Source: a phage
DNA length: 64,000 bases
Reading direction: 5' to 3' (one strand)
Assembly (NCBI GenBank): GCA_012441205.1
Contig: GCA_012441205.1_4705.1
Part shown: piece by piece, positions 56,776 through 64,000 of the stretch
Layout of the letters: each line of letters opens with the position of its first letter
Position numbering within the stretch: position 1 is the first letter of the stretch
The notes under the pieces: model-generated
Told to the model about the DNA's origin: nothing
The model's input: the letters and a program-made list of their open reading frames with translations, nothing else
Database searches by the model: none
Program-made: the position numbers and the translations under genes

Positions 56776-59685
56776 ATGAACGATATAAATAAAGGGCGCG
56801 TCGCCCTCGAACGTCAAATGAGCAATAATGACGTTGCGAAGGCACTCATGAACAAATTTGTCGCTCCTGCTCCGCAGTCACGTCTTTATAATACACGTGA
56901 TGCGGAAGGAGCGAACGGTCGTTTCGGGTTAGTTGTTCCCGACCAAATGACGATGAACACGGTTACGCGTGCTACCGCGACAAACATCGAGGATAATAAA
57001 AACATCCTCGAGCTGTTCCCTGAACTTAAACGCGTGATGCAGATCTATGTTGCCGCGTTGACGAACCCTAACGATCTTAAGACGGTCGAGATGTTTATCG
57101 ACAGCGAAGATTTCCCCGGCAGAGTCGCAGAAATCGTTCAGCCGATGATCGATACCATCGACACGCATTTTAAGAATATCTATAAAATAAAGACGCTTAT
57201 CCCTCGTATCATCGAAGACGTCTTCTTTATCAAGGGCAGTTATAACTTCGTTGTTCTGCCGGAAAGCACGCTCGACCGCGCCATTAATGGTAACGGTCAA
57301 CTGAAACTTGAAGAATACGGATTTAAAGACAACCATTTTGCAAGTTGGGGGCTTCTAGGTAACGACAGTCGCAAACGCCACGAAAATCAATTACCTGCGA
57401 CGGTTTCGATGGAAGATTATTTCTCGGGTGTTAATGAAACCATACCGTACGATCCTGTTGTTCGCATAGACAGCATCAAGTTTACCAATACCCTGCTTCG
57501 CGATAAGGACGGTAAATTCATTGAAGCGAAGATCGATATTCCGGATATGGTTACGGTTGTCGATAACCCAGACATCCTCCGCATGCCTATTCTGCATCAA
57601 CGTCGAGCAGCGACAGCAGTGCAGCGTGCGTTACGCGCAAACACGTTAGGAGGTAGTGGTTTGGTAACGCTGTCAGGCGATCCGACCCTAACCGCTAACC
57701 GACGTGAGCTGTCGCAAGAACAGGTTAACGAGATCTGGAATAAGCTCAACATCCAGCGCCACACCAAGGTATCGCCCGTTTACGCGCTGGCAACCCCAGA
57801 TACGCTTGATCGTCAAAGCGTTGGCCATCCTGGCGTGATGCATGTACCACCTGAGGCATTAGAACCCGTACATGCGCCCGGTGATCCTGAGAACCATATC
57901 GGGTATTTGGTTCAGTTGGATGAGTTTGGTTATCCAGTACGTTTGGTTGAAGATGCGGCGTATTACAAGCAGTTGGAAGGTCGGTTGTCGAAGATCACCG
58001 CAGATATCGCAGGTACGTCAAGCAACGGCATGGCGAGCGAGATGATTGGTGCAGCCAAGAACATGATCCAAGGTACGTCATGTAATCAGGTAGACATGTC
58101 GGCCTTCGTATCATCGTACGAATCGCTGATGCAACGTTACATTGTCGAACGTATCGTTAACGGTTATCTTGGCAGTGCGGTGGAGATCGGTGCGACATCA
58201 TCGTTTTATCTGTCGATGCTTGCTCGTAGCCTCGCTCACAAGCAGACCCGTGTTTTGTTTATTCCTCGAGAGATGGTGACTTACATCGCCTATGAATACA
58301 ACAAATACGGTATCGGTCGTTCGCTGCTTGAAAGTACGAAGATGATCTCATCGCAACGAGCCATGCTCATGGTTCAAGAACTGATGGCGAAAATCAAAAG
58401 TTCGTTGAACTATACGACGCTAAGCGTAATGCTTGAAGACACCGACAGAAACCCGGTCGATACCGTCGAACAAGCACTGCATAGTTTCGCTCGTGTCTAC
58501 CAGTCTGGTTTCCCGTTGGGTGAAACTAACCCGATGGATATCATCAACGCGTACGAACGAAGCTCGATTAGATTGAAGGTTGAGGGGAATAACCCACGCT
58601 TCCCGAAATTGAATACAGACGTCAGTGTTGAGCAGCGTAACTATCAGTCTCCTGATAATGAGCTGATGGATCGTTACCGTCGTGACCATTTCATGGGCTT
58701 GGGTGTGTCTCCGGAGATTATCGATACTTCCTACCAATCTGAATTCGCAGCTTCTGTGATTACAGCTAACGCGATGCAAGAGAAACAGTTCACGGTTTGT
58801 CGTGAGGTGATCACGAATGGGTTATCGGACCACATCAAGAAATATACGGCATACAGTCCCGTGTTGTTGACGTCGTTACGAAACACGGTTCGTGCGAACA
58901 TGTCTAAGCTTTCCCAGGCACAATTGAAGCAGCTTTTTGGTAGCGATTTCGAAAACGGTGTTATCCGTAACGTTAACGCCTATCAGGAGATTGACGACCA
59001 ATCAGCAACAATGGATCTGGATTACACTAAACCAGAAGTCCAGGAAGTTATTGCCGATGCTTATGTGTCCATGTTCTTAAACAGCCTGCGTGTGCGTTTA
59101 CCGGATAGCAATGCCCGTCGCCTTGAAGATCAGGTACGTGAATATAATCAGTACAAGGAAGCGATTACTGCGCAACTTGATGATTATTTAACGCCTGATT
59201 ACGTCATGGGTCTGGGTGGGGTTGATGAAACAACGCTGCAGATGATCCGCGCATGCATTATTGGTACCGCGATGCGTACGTGGGCAAAAGAGAACAACTT
59301 CAATCAGGAGCTGGCTGATCTCTTCAGTCTTGACGATAAGAAGAATGCCGTGCAAGATTGGAAACGTATGTCCATGGAACATATTGAAGTCATGGGTAAA
59401 TGCATGGGTGATTTTGCATTGTATATTCAGAATCTGACGAAGAAGATTGAAGAGAAGATGGGAGCTCAAGCACAGGACGGTAGCGTTTCATCTGATGGTT
59501 CGTGGTCATCCGATTCAAGTAGCGATACCGGTTCTTCTGATGACTTCGGTGGCGGTGACGATTTCGGAGATACCGATTTCGATACCGAAACGATGGAGGA
59601 AACCTCAACAGAAGAAACAACCACATCTGAGGAAACGACGACCGACACAACGTCAGAAGACGACACTTCAGGTGACATTGTCTAA
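56776..59685 (+). CDS. hypothetical large protein (969 aa) with acidic Ser/Thr/Asp/Glu-rich C-terminal tail
   Basis: ATG 56776 with AAGGAG upstream; C-terminus SSDSSSDTGSSDDFGGGDDFGDTDFDTETMEETSTEETTTSEETTTDTTSEDDTSGDIV. Confidence 0.65.
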   Translation: MNDINKGRVALERQMSNNDVAKALMNKFVAPAPQSRLYNTRDAEGANGRFGLVVPDQMTMNTVTRATATNIEDNKNILELFPELKRVMQIYVAALTNPNDLKTVEMFIDSEDFPGRVAEIVQPMIDTIDTHFKNIYKIKTLIPRIIEDVFFIKGSYNFVVLPESTLDRAINGNGQLKLEEYGFKDNHFASWGLLGNDSRKRHENQLPATVSMEDYFSGVNETIPYDPVVRIDSIKFTNTLLRDKDGKFIEAKIDIPDMVTVVDNPDILRMPILHQRRAATAVQRALRANTLGGSGLVTLSGDPTLTANRRELSQEQVNEIWNKLNIQRHTKVSPVYALATPDTLDRQSVGHPGVMHVPPEALEPVHAPGDPENHIGYLVQLDEFGYPVRLVEDAAYYKQLEGRLSKITADIAGTSSNGMASEMIGAAKNMIQGTSCNQVDMSAFVSSYESLMQRYIVERIVNGYLGSAVEIGATSSFYLSMLARSLAHKQTRVLFIPREMVTYIAYEYNKYGIGRSLLESTKMISSQRAMLMVQELMAKIKSSLNYTTLSVMLEDTDRNPVDTVEQALHSFARVYQSGFPLGETNPMDIINAYERSSIRLKVEGNNPRFPKLNTDVSVEQRNYQSPDNELMDRYRRDHFMGLGVSPEIIDTSYQSEFAASVITANAMQEKQFTVCREVITNGLSDHIKKYTAYSPVLLTSLRNTVRANMSKLSQAQLKQLFGSDFENGVIRNVNAYQEIDDQSATMDLDYTKPEVQEVIADAYVSMFLNSLRVRLPDSNARRLEDQVREYNQYKEAITAQLDDYLTPDYVMGLGGVDETTLQMIRACIIGTAMRTWAKENNFNQELADLFSLDDKKNAVQDWKRMSMEHIEVMGKCMGDFALYIQNLTKKIEEKMGAQAQDGSVSSDGSWSSDSSSDTGSSDDFGGGDDFGDTDFDTETMEETSTEETTTSEETTTDTTSEDDTSGDIV

Positions 59686-59706
59686 ACGGATGTAAAAAAA
59701 ATAACA

Positions 59707-59756
59707 CATAGTTAACCTTCTCCCCAACCCGATGAGGGAAGGGGAGAAGGGCTATG
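59707..59756. repeat. GGAGG-stem palindromic hairpin element (family copy)
   Basis: CATAG-ttaa-CCTTCTCCCC-aaCCCgatgaGGGaa-GGGGAGAAGG-GCTATG; between convergent genes. Confidence 0.6.
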
Positions 59757-59770
59757 CGCTATTTAATTTA

Positions 59771-60043
59771 TTACGAGGTTAACCACGATTCAATTGTGGT
59801 GAGTTTGCTTCTCAGTACGCGCCAACTAGGGTGTGGTGGGATCACAGCGCCTTTGTCGATTACGGTTAACTGAACCTGGTACTTCTGCTGCATACGCGCT
59901 ACCGTGTCGCTTATCGAGAGGAAAAGCTGGTAACGTTCATATGCCGTCAGTTCACTGTCCTGTTGAACTGCGTTGGCCGCTAACGTAATTTCGCGTAAGT
60001 CCTTTGCATCCACAGAGACGGTAATGAGTTTATATTGACTCAT
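59771..60043 (-). CDS. hypothetical protein (90 aa)
   Basis: ORF. Confidence 0.5.
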   Translation of the reverse strand: MSQYKLITVSVDAKDLREITLAANAVQQDSELTAYERYQLFLSISDTVARMQQKYQVQLTVIDKGAVIPPHPSWRVLRSKLTTIESWLTS

Positions 60044-60104
60044 ACGGTTTCCTTATCAACTAGGGTATTGCAAATACAATACCCACCGTCGGACGATAAG
60101 TTAA

Positions 60105-62663
60105 TTACTGCTCTTCACGTTCCAGCAGATACTCGGAAGCGGTAATACCGTTTACCGTACGTACTGCTTTCAGACGAGTATCATCGCTCAGAATTACAGT
60201 AACAGATTGCAGACCTTTTACTTTGGTTTCGAAGGTCTTGAACACCTGATCCAGCATACGAGCAATGCTTGGGTTGGTTGCAGCCGATGCGTGGGTGTAA
60301 CCGCTTTGGTTCAGCTTCAGAATCTTGGCGTTGGTCGGTACGCGAACAACAACATGCGGACGCATCGCGAACACGCTATGATTAAACCAGTAAGCATCGT
60401 TGCTATCTTCGTCGGTAACGATGTCTGGATTAACACGCATATCCTCGACAGCCGCATCCGCCAAACGACGTTCGATTTCATCGGCGTCCAGAGAGCCATC
60501 TTTCTCCAGTTCTGCACGATACTCACTCATGGCAACCAGATGACGTTCACGATTCGCTGCGGATTTTTCGTGAGCGGCTTTCAGGTAGTCATGCATGTTG
60601 TACAGTTCTGCCATGGAAAGACGAATGTTCCACTGACCTTCGCCGTCACGATTGCAGTAGAGACACTTCAGCATGTTGACCCAGGTATAGTAGCAATTGG
60701 AGAATTCATCTTCAATGAACTTCTGGTCCATTTTAAGATCGTGAATCAGCCAACCGGACAGTTCTCCGATATCATCAACGAAGCTAGAGATGGTGGTTTC
60801 AGAGAAGTTCTTCGGTACGATACGTTTGATCAGCTTATTGACGTCTTTGGTCATGCTATCGTTCAGGAAATGCCAGATACGCAGAGGAATAACATCTCGA
60901 TACTGTTGCATGATCTGACGATAAGCTTTGATATCGTCGCTACGACCTTTATCAATAGACAACGCATCCAGGAATTCATGGATTGCATCCAGCTCTTTGT
61001 CGGTATAGGTTCCCAGATAGGAATTGACGGTGGCAAGGAATGCTAATGCGTCGTTTTGGTTGACGTCGGTGTTGGTCTGCTGAATGATTGCCACTGAAGC
61101 TTTGGTTTCAGCATCCTCAACGCTTGACGCTGCGATTGCGTCGGTGACGGTAAACAGTTTCATTTCGCGCTGCTCACCGACAACGATTGGCTCACGTTGA
61201 ACCGGTTTGTTAAGACTAACACGAACAACTTCTGCTTGCGCGATACGATCCAGTTTTGCCATTTCCTGCTCTGCCATACGACGAGCGGTTGGATCTGATT
61301 CAAGTTCGATGTATTCCACTTCTTCCTCCGTGAGGGATGTAATGTCAACAATGGTTTCATGAAGAATTCCGTTTTCGTCGATACGTGCTCGACGAGCGAA
61401 GTGCCTGAAGTCATACAACGTCGGCCAACGACTATTAGGTGCAAAGTCTTTGGCTTTCAGACGCATCTGCATAAATTCTTCATGTTGAACAACACGACCG
61501 TAACGCTTAGCATCTTCGGTCGCATCAATTGGATTAACGGTCTTTGTTACCGTAGCAGAACGAGCCGTACGAACGGGTTCCGGTTTCACCTGCGCAGGTT
61601 CAGGTTGAACGGGTTTCTGCTGCCCAGCCTTAACATGCCATTCTGGCTCTTCGTACTGTTCAGCAAACTGTTCAGCCGCTGCAAAGATATCGTTGATACC
61701 ACCAATATCTCCTTCAGGATTTGTCGAGTAAATCCGTGGTTGTGGTGCCTCGTAACGCGGCGCTGTAGTAGCAGGCACCTCATCAACGATAGGATCGTCA
61801 TCACCAACATCATACAAACGGTTGAACGCACAATCCTTCGAATCAATGTACGATGGCGCTTGTGGTTGGACAACCGTCGGCCGAGGTTGTGCACCGTATC
61901 CTGGTGTTGTTGGAGCCATGCCGCGCATAACTGCCGGACTAGGTTGGTATTGCGGTTGCGGATAGGTTCCACCATACATAGCGTACGCAGGCTGTTGTGG
62001 TTGACCATACCCGTTGCTAACCATCGCGCTTGCTTGCGGCCCACGATAAGTCATCCCCATCTGCATCACCTGCTGCTTCAAACCACGTGACTTCTGAGCG
62101 ATTTGCGCTAGGCTTCCGCTTTTATTCAGCTGCGTGTACTTATTCGCGGCTTCCGGGTTAATGCGTGATAATTCGATCGCGCGATAATATTCCGGGTACT
62201 GATTCGGTTCAAAGAGCCACGTTACAAGGTGATACAGCGCAACTGTGCTCACAGCAGCAGAGACGATCTGGTCGTCGGACGCGTTCTGCGGCATCGGGTT
62301 GATGTAAGAGAATACGTTCCAACAACAGTCTTCAACAAGCGATTCCATCATCATATCGTTATTGGTATAACGTGCGACGAACTCGGTTTGTATTTTGTCT
62401 TGCTGAGCGAAGTCTTTCAGGACATTAAAGATGGCTTGACGGATTTTGACGATCGTCGCTTCTTGGGTGATGAAGTTATAGTTCTGCTGATATGAGGGTT
62501 GTTGGTATTGTGGTGGTTGATAGGCGTTATTCGGGTATGCGCCGTACGGAGATTGCTGATACTGTTGCTGACGAACCTGTTCAGCCGCATAATTAACCGT
62601 GCTCGTATAAGGGTTTTCGCTATAACCCATTTGTTGATACATGTTGTTACTGCCATTATACAT
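60105..62663 (-). CDS. hypothetical protein (852 aa) with Gln/Tyr/Pro-rich low-complexity N-terminal region
   Basis: ATG 62663 with AAGGA upstream; N-terminus YQQMGYSENPY...QQQYQQSPYGAYPNNAYQPPQYQQPSYQQNYN plus further PQ/Y-rich stretches. Confidence 0.65.
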   Translation of the reverse strand: MYNGSNNMYQQMGYSENPYTSTVNYAAEQVRQQQYQQSPYGAYPNNAYQPPQYQQPSYQQNYNFITQEATIVKIRQAIFNVLKDFAQQDKIQTEFVARYTNNDMMMESLVEDCCWNVFSYINPMPQNASDDQIVSAAVSTVALYHLVTWLFEPNQYPEYYRAIELSRINPEAANKYTQLNKSGSLAQIAQKSRGLKQQVMQMGMTYRGPQASAMVSNGYGQPQQPAYAMYGGTYPQPQYQPSPAVMRGMAPTTPGYGAQPRPTVVQPQAPSYIDSKDCAFNRLYDVGDDDPIVDEVPATTAPRYEAPQPRIYSTNPEGDIGGINDIFAAAEQFAEQYEEPEWHVKAGQQKPVQPEPAQVKPEPVRTARSATVTKTVNPIDATEDAKRYGRVVQHEEFMQMRLKAKDFAPNSRWPTLYDFRHFARRARIDENGILHETIVDITSLTEEEVEYIELESDPTARRMAEQEMAKLDRIAQAEVVRVSLNKPVQREPIVVGEQREMKLFTVTDAIAASSVEDAETKASVAIIQQTNTDVNQNDALAFLATVNSYLGTYTDKELDAIHEFLDALSIDKGRSDDIKAYRQIMQQYRDVIPLRIWHFLNDSMTKDVNKLIKRIVPKNFSETTISSFVDDIGELSGWLIHDLKMDQKFIEDEFSNCYYTWVNMLKCLYCNRDGEGQWNIRLSMAELYNMHDYLKAAHEKSAANRERHLVAMSEYRAELEKDGSLDADEIERRLADAAVEDMRVNPDIVTDEDSNDAYWFNHSVFAMRPHVVVRVPTNAKILKLNQSGYTHASAATNPSIARMLDQVFKTFETKVKGLQSVTVILSDDTRLKAVRTVNGITASEYLLEREEQ

Positions 62664-62697
62664 TTCTTACGATCCTTTTTATTTATTCGGTTATGTG

Positions 62698-64000
62698 TCA
62701 ATCGATTATGTCGTGATCGTTAATTTCTACAATTTCTTCATCGAATCGACCGACGTCTTTCTTCAAGCCTGCATTGGTTGCTGCAACGTCATTTGCAATT
62801 TGTGGGGTAATGATTAACCGACCGCGCTCATCGATAGGTGCGTACATACTGAACTTCTGACGTCCGGTTGGTTCGGAGTGTGGAAGATTCAGATAGCTTG
62901 CACAGAACGGGATGGAACCACTAACCAAACGACTCTCGTCAGCCAATGCAGCACCGCCTGCGTTTTGGCTCTGGAGAACAACATGCGTGCTCACTTTGAA
63001 CAGCATGCAATCACCCGGTGACTGAATCGATGTTGCCACTTTCTCACGTTTATCACGATTGCTCTGGATATTGAGAATCGCTTCCGTTGCAACTTGATTT
63101 CGCAACGCCTTCTGTACATCACGATTGGTCATCTCTTTACGGTTGTTCTGTCGTTTACCACGTTCTGTGGTTTTAAGATGGAACCCCAGTTTAAAGATGC
63201 TCTTACGCACATCCTCCATGACATATTCCAACACCATCAATTCCTTACCGAACATCGTCGTGGTATCAACACGACTCATTTCGATAGTGACATTGTCAAT
63301 CAGATACGCCATAAATTCGTAGAAGTCGTCGCAAGGAATATTTTCCTGTTTGAACTTCTTCTGTTGAATTTCATCAACGTAAAGATCGAGACTGTCGATG
63401 TGGTGGTTTACATCACGCAACAAACGCGCATCCGCGTTGTTGTTATTAAAGATAATCAAACCGAGTAATGTACGCCAATGGTCTGGCGCATTCGCGAACT
63501 CTTCAACCGGATAGTCTTCCGGAAAACGATCGTAATAACGGTCGATGAGATACAAGAATGCACCGACAAGGCCAAGAACAATACGTTCCGTGCCTCCACG
63601 TCTTACTGCAATTTGAATATCAGGATGTTTGTAACGTACAGCGCTAGCGCTACGGCTTTTACCGCTTTTGCTGATACTAAAACCTTTAGGAATAACCCCC
63701 ATGGTGCGATAGATTACCCATTGGTCACGCGGAAAATCACGTTCAGCAAGGTTCCGTCCGGTTACGGCTTCGACACCTGCAAAACGTCGGAAACACTCAC
63801 CCACCCCGTACTTCGCAAAGAGATAGTGACCCAGTGTGGTTACGCTGGTGTGGTTGATGTTGTCACCGTTCACTTTACTTTGTTTGGTAAGATGATAGAT
63901 TTGTGACCAGGGTAATGACAGGTAATGACGATAATCGATACCGGTCGGTGTATCATTGCTCAGGAACTGATACGGTGTACGTTTAACCGTGATTTTGTCA
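62698..64000 (-). CDS. multisubunit RNA polymerase beta-like subunit, C-terminal part (gene begins beyond window end)
   Basis: Frame stays open upstream of track start 63873 to position 64000. [20 protein letters not shown] resembles beta [37 protein letters not shown] resembles GGQRFGEMEVWALEAYGA; about 300 aa of extra C-terminal sequence. Confidence 0.5.
   Translation of the reverse strand, partial: [433 protein letters not shown]

Noticed and set aside
9932-59756. Junction hairpins as classical rho-independent terminators
   Set aside because: None is followed by a U-tract on either strand; they are kept as a distinct element class rather than called terminators.
1-64000. tRNA genes, integrase, transposase or prophage boundaries
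   Set aside because: No cloverleaf-like sequence with T-loop GTTCGAATC-type motifs was seen in intergenic regions, and no ORF shows recombinase or transposase motifs; the window appears to be a lytic phage genome segment. A dedicated tRNA scan was not possible.

Overview
This window looks like part of a large virulent dsDNA bacteriophage genome, probably a jumbo phage that encodes its own multisubunit RNA polymerase (phiKZ-like organisation); codon usage of one highly expressed gene suggests an enterobacterial host. All calls are from reading the sequence and ORF translations by eye; no searches were run. The window is gene-dense on both strands. Both edges carry partial RNAP-like genes: a beta-prime-like N-terminus at 1-820 and a beta-like C-terminal region at 62698-64000. 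Between them are a giant ~2220-aa virion-type protein with a GH19-like peptidoglycan-hydrolase domain, a recombination/nucleotide module (RecA/UvsX-like ATPase, RNase H fusion, dTMP kinase, RuvC-like resolvase, SbcC/Rad50-like ATPase), a block of small unknown genes, an 870-bp non-coding region, a GH108-type endolysin, and a tail-fibre cluster with two repeat-containing fibres. No tRNA, CRISPR array, integrase or transposase was seen. The most notable unexplained signals are a family of GGAGG-stem palindromic hairpins at convergent gene junctions, a conserved ~50-bp intergenic element in three copies, the iteron- and palindrome-rich 870-bp region, and a paralogous family of at least seven ~180-310-aa proteins, one of them strongly codon-optimised.
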